64,000 bases of DNA from a virus (lineage: Duplodnaviria; Caudoviricetes): the IMG/VR virus record IMGVR_UViG_3300030101_004160, positions 1,047 through 65,046 of that record; one strand, 5' to 3'. Of this stretch, positions 1-10,536 are shown piece after piece (the stretch's first letter is position 1; every line of letters starts with the position of its first letter). The translations under genes were made by a program, and so were the position numbers. The notes below the pieces were generated by a model. That model saw only the letters and a list, made by a program, of their open reading frames with translations. It had not been told where the DNA came from and did no database searches.

Positions 1-3000
1 GCGCAGGAACTCTTGTTCCAATAAACAAATCTCCTACTTTTACGCCCTGGTCTTGCATATAGCCTGGAATAATAGCCTCAGAAGCTACTATATTTTCGTT
101 ACTTATGCCTTCTATTGCAGGCCCTGTGTACAACCCTTTTTGATAAAACTTAAGACCTACACCTAAGCTAGCGGATTGATAAGCTATGGAGCCTTTAGTA
201 TACATTTTTGTACCCTTGTGTGTTATTCTACCTATAGCTACTGAATTATATATTGCGTTAAGATATGGGTATCTTGGATCTAATTTATCAAAAGTATTGT
301 CTACTAATACGTCATACACTTCAGAAGATACAGATGATTTAAAAGAGTCTCTTTCTTTTATTACATCAGCCTCAGTAGAAGAGTCGTTAGCAATCAGAGC
401 TCCACTTCTTTGGGTTTTGTTTTCTTCCATAACGGTCTTACGCTTTTCAAGCATACCAGCTGCAATAGCCTGATCTTCTGTAGAAAGATTAGTAACTAAG
501 TTGTAAAACAATTGTGAAGGAAAAAACCTTTCGTCTGTTTCTTTGTCTAACTCCAACTGTATACCTAAGCCTTCACCAGACAAACCTATATACTTACCAT
601 CACCCCTGTAAAGCTTGTCTTGGGCAGCCATAATTTTATCCATGTCAAAACCATCTTTTATGTCATGTATAACCTCGTCACCTCCCGAATATAATTTAGC
701 AGCAGACTGACTTGCAGCTATGACTAAACCACCTTTGCTTCCGTCATCTTTTATTTGACTTCTTCTTGTTCTTAATACTTCTGCAATGTTTTTAAAGTAT
801 GGACTAAGCGCTTCTATTTCAGGAGTTAAGGTGTGTACTGCAAACTTCATGTATGTAGTTCTGCCTTTTAACGAACCCTCAAGTTGTGTATAATGGTATA
901 CAAATTTAAATACATTTCCAACTTTTTGTGTTGTTCCGTATTTTCTTCTAATCATCTCAGCTTCCTCTGGTAAGACATATCCCATAGCATCATTTTCTAT
1001 AGCTGTTTCATCCTCCCATTTATCTTTACCTAAAGTTTCTTCTGCTTCTTTTTCTGTATATATTTCTCCGTCTTTTGTTTCATAATAATCGTTAGTAACA
1101 ACAAACTCTACCGTAGTGTTTCTATCAAAGACAGTATGACTAGCGATAGCTCCAGCAGCACGCTTTATATAATCTATCTCGCTGTTTGACTGCCTGTGAT
1201 CATGCACAAATAATTGTTGTGCCATAAACTTATTTGCTATATATGAAGTTAAGAAAGCCTCTACCGCTCCATCTTGATAGTTTTTAATATCTCTATTGTT
1301 AACTATTAAATCTTTATTCAACTTTAGATAGTCAGTAAATCTTTTACTAATTTCTTTTATTTCAGCTATCTTACCGTTTTTTATAGTATATGGAAATACT
1401 AATTTTTTACTCTTTTTATACACATCTTTATTACGATAAGCAGGGTTGTTTTCTATCTTAGACAATATAAGTTTTGTAATTTTAGGATTGTGTGCCGCTA
1501 TGCTTTCTACATAATACCTTCTACTTTTATCAGCAAACACAGCAATAGGTTGCGGGTATCTGATAACAGGTAAATTATCTTTTATACCCTGATTGTAGTT
1601 TTTAAGAAATATAAAAAAGTCTGTTATAGTTAATTCGTTAAAATTAACATCAGTAAACTTTCTAGTTCTATGGTCTTTGTTTTGTAGTCCACTGGCTTTT
1701 TCTACAAAACGCCTCATAAGGCCTGAATGTACAGTAAAGTTAAAAGTTTTCTTACCTTCTGTGTTACTGTTTTTCAAAGCCATAGCGCTATATATATTGT
1801 TGTCCTGATGCATAATATCGTTCTTATCTAGCTCTACACCTTCGTTAAATATACGCTCTACATTATCAGCTCTATTTCTTAACCCGTTTTCTTTATTAAA
1901 TATACTAACACCGTCCATATCTACATCGTTAACCATAGATAAATAATTTGACGCTCTAGACATTATTACACCATGATTTAGTATGGTTCTAATATCTCTT
2001 TGTTTTCCATAAAAAGTACCTAAAACTTTTTTCTCACCAAAGTTGTCTTCAAAGCCTTTTTCAACTCCACGATGCACCATCATTATAACGTTGTCTAGTG
2101 CTGGATTTCCAAACTTATTTATCTTATGATCAAAAAGTATATTAGGAACTGACTGTCTTTTACCTTTATATATCATTGTTTGATTTAACATAGCATCTAT
2201 GTTTATCAATTCTTTTTTACTGCTTGCTGATAACAATCTTTCAAACACAGTCCTAGCGGCTTTGTATTTAGCAGTATCGCTAAAGTTTTTCTTTTTAAAG
2301 AAACTGTCATAAACTTCTTTTACTTGATCAGATATTTCTTGATTATTTTCTAAAGAAGATACTATATTATCTACTACCATTTTCTCTACAGTAACATTTG
2401 TGCTTTCGTATCTAGTCCAAAATCTATCTTTTTCATTTGATATTGTCAACACGTTATGCGCTAAAGTTTCTATAGTTATTCCCTCTAAAGAACTTTTTAT
2501 TTCTAATAACTTTGCGTTTGTTAACACTTGATCCCCACCATATACTCTATCTAATATATTGACCACAGCTAGTACTGCGTCGTTTTTAGATTTTCTTACT
2601 TCTTGCGGAAAGTCAAATGGGTTTTCTTTTGTTTGTTTTGCTAACTGCATTAGCGGTGCTAAAACTTTTTTTGCATCTATTCTTCCGTTTTCTTCAACAC
2701 CATTATTGTACACCTCTACTATCTTTCTAACAAACAAAGACGTTGTGCTAGGCAGGCCTATATCTTTTTCTTCTATGTTGTTAATATCGTTTTGTATTTC
2801 CGACTCGCCCTCTACGTCTTCTTTTTTTCTTAAGTCTACGCCTATTGCTTTCAAGTCTTTATCTAAAACAGAATCAGCCTTTGCTATATCTTGCGGTCTT
2901 GTAGTTTGTAGTATAGCTGCCTTTACACCTGCTCTTATGCTTTCTATATCTGCATCCTGGACAGTTAAGTTAGAATCATCTGCTATAGATTTCATTACTA

Positions 3001-6000
3001 AATCTGTGACCTGATCTGCATTCCTACCTTCTCCTATATTTTCAGATATGTAAAAAGAAACTGCTGAAAAAGATGAGTTTTTAACTAATTGTTTTTTTGA
3101 CGCCCTACTGATTGCTCCGTATGCAGAATTTCTCATTTTAGGCATAGTGCTTCTTTCTGATCTAAAGTTTAGCAACACTGCTTTAATAGCGTTTTCTAAA
3201 TCTAGGCTAGCTATATCTTTTACAGATAAATTTAATATCTCTCTAGCGTCTTCGTCATTAGTTATACCTTTTACTTCTTTATAAAAGCTTATTAAATCTT
3301 GTTCTAACTTCTTTTGTGCAGCACTACCTTCTATAACTGTGTCAGGATTACCATTACTATACGCCTCTAATGTTCTTGTAAAAGTCTCTTCTAATATATG
3401 TTTTTGTTGACTATCTTTTATATCTTTTGCTCCTTTTGCTTTTAGTTGTGTTCTTAAAGATAAAAACAAATCGTTTATTTTAGCATTGTCTTTTATTTTT
3501 ATTGCTTGACTGATATTGTTAGCTATACTAACTAAATCATTGTCTGAATTTATATCACTGTTATTGATAATATTTCTATAAAACTCACCTAATGTTAAAG
3601 TTTTGTTTTTATATTTTAATAATATCAATTCTGGATAATCTTGCTTGGTCCTATTATATAAACTAGTTTTGGGTAAAAGTTTTTTTATTCTTTTCATTAA
3701 TGGAGTATCCTCCATCATTCCATAATATATGTGCCCTGCCTCATGTACAATGTCGCCTTGGAGTACAGAATCTGCGTTTATAAATACAGTAGATCCAATA
3801 GCCAACGAAGTTGCCTCCTGACCATAATCATCAAATAATTTGTTGTACACTAATACCCCTTTTGCTCCTGGAAACTTTTTGTTTACAATCTCTCTTATAT
3901 AAGAAGACATTATAACACCAGAACCATATTGATATTCTGGACTTATGTTTAATTGAGTAGGTTCAAACCCGTCTAATTCTTTTTGTGTTTTTGTAAAATA
4001 TTTTAGTATATTGTTTTTTGTATCTTTTATGCCTTTTACTATTTGATCAATTTTACGTTGGTCTTTTTTCTTGGCTTTTACTGTGGTCTTTTCTGCCTTA
4101 AAATCTCTTTGAGCAAGCTTACCTACCACCTCGTCATTTATTACAACCTCTATTTCGCTTTCGTATAATAAGTCGTTAAATTCAAAAAACAGCTTACCGT
4201 TTTCTTCTACCACATTTTCTTGACCAGCTACTGGTTTTTTAAGTTTTAATTGAACGTTAACATTGTCTTCAAAAATGTATTTATCTGATTTGCCTTCAAA
4301 GTCTCTATATCTTATTGTTTCACCGTCTTCTGTTTTGACTGTGTAGTTCGCACCCTGACCCTTTTCTACGCTTGGTTTGCTTAATACTCTAGGGCCTTTT
4401 TCTAAAGATTCTTCGGTTGATTTATACGACTTAGTTTTAGGAACTACTCTGGGCTGTTCTTTTTTTTTTACGTCTTCTTGAGACGTTTCTGTTTTTTCTG
4501 CTTTTGCTTTTCTGATTGCCGTATTGACATCCCTTGTGTTAATAGTGCCACCTCTGCCCGATCCTTTTATGTTTGTTGCTTGCTCTGGTGTTAGCTCTTC
4601 ATTTTCTACCGCTTGAACTAATTTTTCTTTTGCCGTACTTGTTATATTTGCTATATTGTTTACGTCTTCTATTGTTTTTGCTGGCGCTTCGGCAGGCTTT
4701 CTTACTCTGTCTACCACCCCTTTAACTCCTGCCACTGCAGCTGTTCCTAAATCTTTGGCTGCTTGAAGGGCTTTTGTTCCTACTTCTGTTACCCTTTCTG
4801 TTATAGTTGGTTTTGGTTTTGCAGCTTCTTCTTGAGCTTTGGCTTCAACCTCTGCTGCTTCTCTAGTTTCTTTTTGTTTTGCCCCTTCTTGTGTAAAAGC
4901 TTCAAAGTCTCCTTTTTTCAAACCTTTTTCTTTAAACCTTTTATCTCTTTGACCTGTTGCTTTTGCAGTTGGAGCTTTGTCTATTTCTGCTGTGTATAGG
5001 TTTTCTAATCTTAACTCTTCTGCCTTAAGTTCGTTTTGTAATCGTTCTAGTGTTTTGTTATGTTCATCTTCTAGTAAAGCTAATTTTTTATCTAACTTTG
5101 TTTTATCTGATTTAATTATGTTTTTCTGATTTTGCATCCTTTCTTCGTGCTGCTCTATTTCGTCAGCTATCTCACCTTCTTTACGAGATTTTCTCATTTC
5201 TATGTAAAAAGCTTGCTCTGCTCCTGCCTGTGTTAAGGTTGAATTGACATGATGTTTCTCATAATTTTTTTCTGCTTGTTCTATTTTTGTTTTGTATTCT
5301 AGACCGTTTTCCTCTGATATTTTACCATCAGATACAAGATTATCTACTATAGACATAGCTACAGAGCCATCGCCTTCATAAAACCATATTTCGTTTGCTA
5401 ATAAGTTGTCCACAGCGTTCTGCATTACCATTCTTTGATCTGCGTTTTGATTGGCTGCAGCTTCTTTTATCATGTCTATAGCGTTAGTATAGCCGTCATT
5501 TTTTTTGTCTAACATTGCTTGCCTCTCTGCAACTCCATCAAAGTATCCTCTTATACCACCTGCGGCTCCACCCATACCAACAGAAGACCAAAATATATCT
5601 CTTATTTCAGGCTTGATTCCATCAGCATTCTTCACCCATTGGGTCATTGTTTTGTAGTCTTTTCCTTTTGCCTCTTCTATTGCTTTGTATTTTATCCACT
5701 CTTGATAAACCTCTTGTACACCTTCTGTAACACCTTCCACACCAGCATAAGCCCCCACGGCAGTCAGATTCGGAGCTGCTTTTCTTAATAAAGAACTTAC
5801 AAGCGGCCTAGACGCATTTTTAATATTTGTTTTTGTTACAGGCGCTCTTAATATTCTTCCCATTAGACCTCTACCAGCGCCTCCAAATAATATTCCATAT
5901 TGAAGCGCGTCTACACCAGCATAATAAAAATTATCTTTTATTACGCCTGCAGCTGATTGCGCTGCTTCTTCAGGCGTGAAACGTGGCTGACCTGTGTCTT

Positions 6001-6916
6001 CATCTATATCGTTTATCATTTCTTGATACGTTTCACCAGCCAAATATAATCCTTCTGCACGGTTTGCTGTAATACCTCCACCTATAAAACCAGATACGTT
6101 TCTTGCTAATTTTGTTGGCGCTATACCTTTTTTTCCTGCGTCTACTCCTAAATACTGTAGTGCTCCGCTTCCCTTTTTTCCTTTTTTACCTGCTTTTAAT
6201 AAAGTAGCCCCTTTACTCATCGTGCCTAATGTGCCAGATGTTTGCAAACCTCTAAGTGTGCCTTGTCCATACTTAAAAGCTCCTTTTAGTATTAAGTTAC
6301 CAAATCTTGTACCTGCAGTATAAGGTATTACGAACGAAGCAGAGTAGGGTGCTAGCCTAGAGGCTTTTGATGTCCAAAATTCAGGTTTGAATAAATCATC
6401 CCAATTAAAATCTTTTAAATCTTCAGATAATACAACTAAATTTTCTTGCTGTAACTCTGTACCTATTTTTTTAAAATAGTCGCCCATTGGTGTGGTCCCG
6501 TCGGTTTCTTTAGGAAATAATCTTGCGTTTACATAATTCAACGCGTCACCTGTTCCTACGGCTAAATCTCCTACACCTGCAGCTAACCCTCTAGCTACAT
6601 TTTGTCCTGGCGAACTAATTAAGGCTGCTGGGTCCATAAACTGTTGTTGTGGAGCATCACCAAATCTAATTCTGTCTGAAGCAGCAAAAGTATCATCTTG
6701 TATGTCGGCAGCAGCAGCACCCCTATAATAACTTTCAGTAGCTGGATCTAATTGTGGCTTCATATTAACGCCAGACAATAAATCATCAAAAGACATTGTT
6801 TTCTTTGTCATCTGCTCGTCATACTGCCCTATTGCTTCTTCTGGGGAAGGAACATCAGGCTTAATAGCCTCTTCACCAAAGAATCCTCTAAATCCAAATT
6901 TATCTTCTTCAGCCAT
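1..6916 (-). CDS. Giant virion-packaged RNA polymerase polyprotein, crAss-like (partial, at least 2305 aa, runs off left edge)
   Basis: ATG at 6916 overlaps the upstream TAA. Frame appears open to position 1 (absent from ORF track because no stop lies in the window). Manual translation: Gly/Ala-rich hydrophobic N-terminus, zincin motif IVHEAGH (3731-3751), then two-barrel RNAP-like motifs DYIKRAAG (~1151-1174), ENDAMGY, SAAKLY, LGIQLE and ASEAIIP...GDLFIGTRVPA at the edge. The catalytic DxDxD would lie beyond the window. Confidence 0.8.
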   Translation of the reverse strand, partial: MAEEDKFGFRGFFGEEAIKPDVPSPEEAIGQYDEQMTKKTMSFDDLLSGVNMKPQLDPATESYYRGAAAADIQDDTFAASDRIRFGDAPQQQFMDPAALISSPGQNVARGLAAGVGDLAVGTGDALNYVNARLFPKETDGTTPMGDYFKKIGTELQQENLVVLSEDLKDFNWDDLFKPEFWTSKASRLAPYSASFVIPYTAGTRFGNLILKGAFKYGQGTLRGLQTSGTLGTMSKGATLLKAGKKGKKGSGALQYLGVDAGKKGIAPTKLARNVSGFIGGGITANRAEGLYLAGETYQEMINDIDEDTGQPRFTPEEAAQSAAGVIKDNFYYAGVDALQYGILFGGAGRGLMGRILRAPVTKTNIKNASRPLVSSLLRKAAPNLTAVGAYAGVEGVTEGVQEVYQEWIKYKAIEEAKGKDYKTMTQWVKNADGIKPEIRDIFWSSVGMGGAAGGIRGYFDGVAERQAMLDKKNDGYTNAIDMIKEAAANQNADQRMVMQNAVDNLLANEIWFYEGDGSVAMSIVDNLVSDGKISEENGLEYKTKIEQAEKNYEKHHVNSTLTQAGAEQAFYIEMRKSRKEGEIADEIEQHEERMQNQKNIIKSDKTKLDKKLALLEDEHNKTLERLQNELKAEELRLENLYTAEIDKAPTAKATGQRDKRFKEKGLKKGDFEAFTQEGAKQKETREAAEVEAKAQEEAAKPKPTITERVTEVGTKALQAAKDLGTAAVAGVKGVVDRVRKPAEAPAKTIEDVNNIANITSTAKEKLVQAVENEELTPEQATNIKGSGRGGTINTRDVNTAIRKAKAEKTETSQEDVKKKEQPRVVPKTKSYKSTEESLEKGPRVLSKPSVEKGQGANYTVKTEDGETIRYRDFEGKSDKYIFEDNVNVQLKLKKPVAGQENVVEENGKLFFEFNDLLYESEIEVVINDEVVGKLAQRDFKAEKTTVKAKKKDQRKIDQIVKGIKDTKNNILKYFTKTQKELDGFEPTQLNISPEYQYGSGVIMSSYIREIVNKKFPGAKGVLVYNKLFDDYGQEATSLAIGSTVFINADSVLQGDIVHEAGHIYYGMMEDTPLMKRIKKLLPKTSLYNRTKQDYPELILLKYKNKTLTLGEFYRNIINNSDINSDNDLVSIANNISQAIKIKDNAKINDLFLSLRTQLKAKGAKDIKDSQQKHILEETFTRTLEAYSNGNPDTVIEGSAAQKKLEQDLISFYKEVKGITNDEDAREILNLSVKDIASLDLENAIKAVLLNFRSERSTMPKMRNSAYGAISRASKKQLVKNSSFSAVSFYISENIGEGRNADQVTDLVMKSIADDSNLTVQDADIESIRAGVKAAILQTTRPQDIAKADSVLDKDLKAIGVDLRKKEDVEGESEIQNDINNIEEKDIGLPSTTSLFVRKIVEVYNNGVEENGRIDAKKVLAPLMQLAKQTKENPFDFPQEVRKSKNDAVLAVVNILDRVYGGDQVLTNAKLLEIKSSLEGITIETLAHNVLTISNEKDRFWTRYESTNVTVEKMVVDNIVSSLENNQEISDQVKEVYDSFFKKKNFSDTAKYKAARTVFERLLSASSKKELINIDAMLNQTMIYKGKRQSVPNILFDHKINKFGNPALDNVIMMVHRGVEKGFEDNFGEKKVLGTFYGKQRDIRTILNHGVIMSRASNYLSMVNDVDMDGVSIFNKENGLRNRADNVERIFNEGVELDKNDIMHQDNNIYSAMALKNSNTEGKKTFNFTVHSGLMRRFVEKASGLQNKDHRTRKFTDVNFNELTITDFFIFLKNYNQGIKDNLPVIRYPQPIAVFADKSRRYYVESIAAHNPKITKLILSKIENNPAYRNKDVYKKSKKLVFPYTIKNGKIAEIKEISKRFTDYLKLNKDLIVNNRDIKNYQDGAVEAFLTSYIANKFMAQQLFVHDHRQSNSEIDYIKRAAGAIASHTVFDRNTTVEFVVTNDYYETKDGEIYTEKEAEETLGKDKWEDETAIENDAMGYVLPEEAEMIRRKYGTTQKVGNVFKFVYHYTQLEGSLKGRTTYMKFAVHTLTPEIEALSPYFKNIAEVLRTRRSQIKDDGSKGGLVIAASQSAAKLYSGGDEVIHDIKDGFDMDKIMAAQDKLYRGDGKYIGLSGEGLGIQLELDKETDERFFPSQLFYNLVTNLSTEDQAIAAGMLEKRKTVMEENKTQRSGALIANDSSTEADVIKERDSFKSSVSSEVYDVLVDNTFDKLDPRYPYLNAIYNSVAIGRITHKGTKMYTKGSIAYQSASLGVGLKFYQKGLYTGPAIEGISNENIVASEAIIPGYMQDQGVKVGDLFIGTRVPA

Positions 6917-8964
6917 TATTTTAAATTAATATATTGTGATATTCTTCTTCCTAGTCCTTTTGAAGCCTTATAAGACTGTGGGTCTAAAGATCCTTTTCTA
7001 TAAGCATCATAATTACCTTGTTTGATTGCTTCTAACATTAAATCAAATCCCTCCATTCTATTTATTAATCCATATTTTAATTGCTGAGCCTGGAAGGCCA
7101 TTAATTGATATGGATTTGTAGCCTGTTTTGTTGGGTTGCCCTGCGCATCTCTTTCTAAAACCACTGGAAAATCTTTTTGTTTTTGCGAATTTACATATAA
7201 GTCTGCAATTATCATAGGAATTGCTTGTTGAATTTTATTTGTAGGCACACCTGCAGTAGAAAGACCTATTCCTAATGAATTGTCATATCTTGCTACTATT
7301 TCGTCTAATTCGTTTTGACTGTCTAGCTTCATTTGTTTTAACAGAACCGACTTACGAGAATCTAGTTGTTTTTGCTGATAACCTCTTTGTGTTACTTTTT
7401 CTTCATATGTAGCCATCTGATTTAAAGTTTTACTTAGCGCATCTGAATCCAGCTTACTGTTAATAGCCGTTCTTATGCTTGGTATACCCATATCAACTTT
7501 TTTATAGTAAGGGTCGTCTGGACCTAAATCTTTATCTATTAACTCTGCAACTAAAGTTGGCTTGAAAACTACATCTCCATACTCATCCTTAAGTTTTTGT
7601 TTTTCTTTTTCGTTTGCAACATCTACTAGCAGAAAACTATCTCCTTCTGCATTAGTTGCTTCTAGTGCAACAAAATATCCGTTTAAATTCAAGTCCATTG
7701 TTTCTGACTCTTGCCATAAATCTTTACCTCCAAGCCATGTAGAGGCTATATCTTGATCTGTTATTTTATGCCCTCTTCTGTCGTATGTATCTTTCATTTG
7801 TACACCATAAATCTTTCTGTCTGACGAATTGTATCTTGGCGTTTTACCATCATCATATGTACCTGCCCATGAATTTGTAAATGCTGTTTCAAGATTACGG
7901 TCGTTTACTAATACTTGGCCTCCAGCTACTAGCTGATATCCTTTAGATACAGGTGACCGCATCGTACTGTGTGGCGCGCTACTTCTGTCATACCCTCCAA
8001 GTCTATCCCAATTTTGACCTGATTCGCTGTCAAATACATCTTTGTATGATATCCCTTGATCTTGCAGTCTAAAGTAATCACTACCTGTACTTATTCCGTT
8101 TTTCCTAGTAGCATCTATTGCTGTCTGAACTTCTGTAGCATAATCTGTTTCTACATCCTTTGCGCCGAACATTGATTGTCCTGCAAAAGTTTTATTGGCT
8201 GCATTGTAATTTAATTCTTTTCCTAACCAATTTAACATATCTTGTGTACTAAAAGAATTTGCAGGCCTTCCTAAATCATTTACCATATCTGCTTGCACGG
8301 AAGAAAAATTTTCAGATAACACGGTTTCTAAATCAACTTGTTGTGATTTATCCATTTCTTTTGCTACATTGTCTAAATAAGGACCTCTAACGCCTGTGTA
8401 TATAAAATTATCAGTTTCTCCATTTTTCCAAGCTTGATATCTGGAGTGCGAATTACTTGTAAGATATTTTTTGTTTTTACCATCCATCGCATACCTTTTA
8501 TAAAGTTCCAAAGCTTGAAAGTTTCTTTGAGCTCTAAAAAGTATAGGGTTTCCTTTTGTTGGGTCTTCGCTAGGTGTTGACACTCTTTGTTTGTATGTGT
8601 TCAACGCTTCTTGTAGTCTAGGGTCACGATAAGCCTGCGCTAGCGACCCATACTGTTTTAAAATTTGCTCTATGTCTGTATATCCAGAATAATCGTGATA
8701 CCACTTAGCATAATCTTGCGCATCCTTTTCTCTTGTAAATTTATGAGATGGTGTAAATATATCTGCGTGTGCCGCTTTTGAAAACTCCATCATCTGTTGC
8801 GCTAATGCGTTTTGCCTATCTGTCTCTCTTTGCTGTAAAGCAAATTCCTGTTCCTGCAACTGTAAGTTTCTTAACCTTTCTTGATCACGGTTTTGACTTA
8901 TTTCATTTGCAGATTGTAGCGGTCCAGTTAACGCTTCAAAAAATCCATAATCTATTGTTGACAT
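6916..8964 (-). CDS. Putative internal virion cargo/ejection protein (682 aa)
   Basis: Long ORF, Q/E-rich coiled-coil N-terminus, between muzzle and vRNAP genes as in crAss-like gene order; TAATG coupling to next gene. Confidence 0.6.
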   Translation of the reverse strand: MSTIDYGFFEALTGPLQSANEISQNRDQERLRNLQLQEQEFALQQRETDRQNALAQQMMEFSKAAHADIFTPSHKFTREKDAQDYAKWYHDYSGYTDIEQILKQYGSLAQAYRDPRLQEALNTYKQRVSTPSEDPTKGNPILFRAQRNFQALELYKRYAMDGKNKKYLTSNSHSRYQAWKNGETDNFIYTGVRGPYLDNVAKEMDKSQQVDLETVLSENFSSVQADMVNDLGRPANSFSTQDMLNWLGKELNYNAANKTFAGQSMFGAKDVETDYATEVQTAIDATRKNGISTGSDYFRLQDQGISYKDVFDSESGQNWDRLGGYDRSSAPHSTMRSPVSKGYQLVAGGQVLVNDRNLETAFTNSWAGTYDDGKTPRYNSSDRKIYGVQMKDTYDRRGHKITDQDIASTWLGGKDLWQESETMDLNLNGYFVALEATNAEGDSFLLVDVANEKEKQKLKDEYGDVVFKPTLVAELIDKDLGPDDPYYKKVDMGIPSIRTAINSKLDSDALSKTLNQMATYEEKVTQRGYQQKQLDSRKSVLLKQMKLDSQNELDEIVARYDNSLGIGLSTAGVPTNKIQQAIPMIIADLYVNSQKQKDFPVVLERDAQGNPTKQATNPYQLMAFQAQQLKYGLINRMEGFDLMLEAIKQGNYDAYRKGSLDPQSYKASKGLGRRISQYINLK

Positions 8965-8970
8965 ATTTCT

Positions 8971-10536
8971 TTAATTATTTTTGTTTTGTAACCCTTGAAA
9001 AAACTTTCCTGCTGCCGTATAATCAATAGGATTTACTTGATTTATTTTATTTGTATTTGGGTTTGCGCCAAGAAAAGTGTTTACTATAGCTCCCACGTTT
9101 GTTTTTTTCAAACCAGACAAAGCGTTTGTAAATGCTGCTGAAGTAAATTTTGCAGCTGCTGATTTATTAGCTTCTTGTCTTTTTATGTCTTCTAGTCTAT
9201 CTTGTTCTGTTTTTTGTATATCAAAATTTTCTTTAAACAGCATCATTTTTTCATATTTATCTGCATTTTTTCTTTGTATCTCATTGTCTCTTACCGCAAA
9301 GTCTAATAAGGCTGAAGACCTTTGTGCGTCTAGCACTCCTGATTGCGCTAGAAACCTAGCCCTTTGCCCAGCTGATCCTCTTACCGCGTTTTCTAAGCCT
9401 ATTTGATAACTCTTATCTAACTCTTTTCTAAATGCAACCTCTTCATCTGGATGAAATCCTTGTTTTGCTAATTCTTTTGTTTGTCTTAAATGCTGCATAA
9501 ATGCTGGAGACAACTCTGGCCTTGCTTGTGGCTCTATTTGCTTCATAGCTGCTTTTAACCCTTTTTTACCCATAACATATGATATTATAGCTCCTGGGCC
9601 TCCTATATTATCTATAATAGAAGCAGCTCCTTGTAACAAAGATTTACCAGCATTGCCTATTGTTTTTGCTCTATTTTGTGGCGTGTCCTCAACCTTTTTT
9701 TGTTTAGTTACTACTGTCTTATCTGTTCCAGTACCAGCGTCAATGTCTACAGTATCAGGAATAGCGTCTTCATCTTGATCTATAATAGGTTGTTCTCCTA
9801 CTGGCCGTACATCTTCTCTTTCATCTAAAGGAAGTGTTGGCTGTTCAGTAACTACTTCTTCTTCTTGTGGAAAATAAATAGACCTAAATTTTTTTACTTT
9901 GTCTTCAGGTGCAAATTTTAAAAACCCAGCTAGAGTCCCTCTACCCTCATCAGTTAGCGGTAATTTGTTATCTATTATTATATCAATAGCTTTTGTGCTG
10001 TCTAAAGCGTTAATAGCATCCTCATCTAAAGGTATTGTTTTGTCACCTCCCTGAAACCTTTCTGTTATTTGTTCTAAAGTTATATCTTGATTGGGTAGTT
10101 CTGTTCTTTCTGGCACCGAGTCTTTGTGTTTAGAATATAAGTCTGCTACATTAGTAAACAAAGATGTTGTAATAGACCCTTGTTCGTCTCTTTTTATTTT
10201 TGAATACTCCCTACCCTCGTCAATTAAATCTAACTCTAGTAAAGACTTGTTAGGATTTTCTTTTCTTAATTCATCAAACCTATCTTGTAATCTCTGCTGG
10301 CCAGTAAACTCTCCTTTCAATGTAGTCTCTATTCCAGTTTTGTATATCTGCTCATATGCAGATTCAAGTAAATCTAAATCAGCAGAATCTTTGTATTTTT
10401 TTATAATTTTTTTTAATTCAACTACAGTATTTCCTTTTTCTCCTGTAGTAACCCAGCCTGAACCTGTAAATCTTCCAATAGAGTCAAATAACTTTTGGGC
10501 ATCTTTTTTTGCTATTTCTTTAGTTATTTCCGCCAT
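8971..10536 (-). CDS. Putative internal virion cargo/ejection protein (521 aa)
   Basis: Helical, Gly/Ala-rich central segment, coiled-coil C-half; position in ejection-protein block. Confidence 0.55.
   Translation of the reverse strand: MAEITKEIAKKDAQKLFDSIGRFTGSGWVTTGEKGNTVVELKKIIKKYKDSADLDLLESAYEQIYKTGIETTLKGEFTGQQRLQDRFDELRKENPNKSLLELDLIDEGREYSKIKRDEQGSITTSLFTNVADLYSKHKDSVPERTELPNQDITLEQITERFQGGDKTIPLDEDAINALDSTKAIDIIIDNKLPLTDEGRGTLAGFLKFAPEDKVKKFRSIYFPQEEEVVTEQPTLPLDEREDVRPVGEQPIIDQDEDAIPDTVDIDAGTGTDKTVVTKQKKVEDTPQNRAKTIGNAGKSLLQGAASIIDNIGGPGAIISYVMGKKGLKAAMKQIEPQARPELSPAFMQHLRQTKELAKQGFHPDEEVAFRKELDKSYQIGLENAVRGSAGQRARFLAQSGVLDAQRSSALLDFAVRDNEIQRKNADKYEKMMLFKENFDIQKTEQDRLEDIKRQEANKSAAAKFTSAAFTNALSGLKKTNVGAIVNTFLGANPNTNKINQVNPIDYTAAGKFFQGLQNKNN

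Noticed and set aside
186-5788. Plus-strand ORFs 186-473, 2559-3014, 4763-4999, 5519-5788
   Set aside because: Antisense shadows of the giant minus-strand ORF; Ser/Phe/Leu-rich composition typical of reverse frames.
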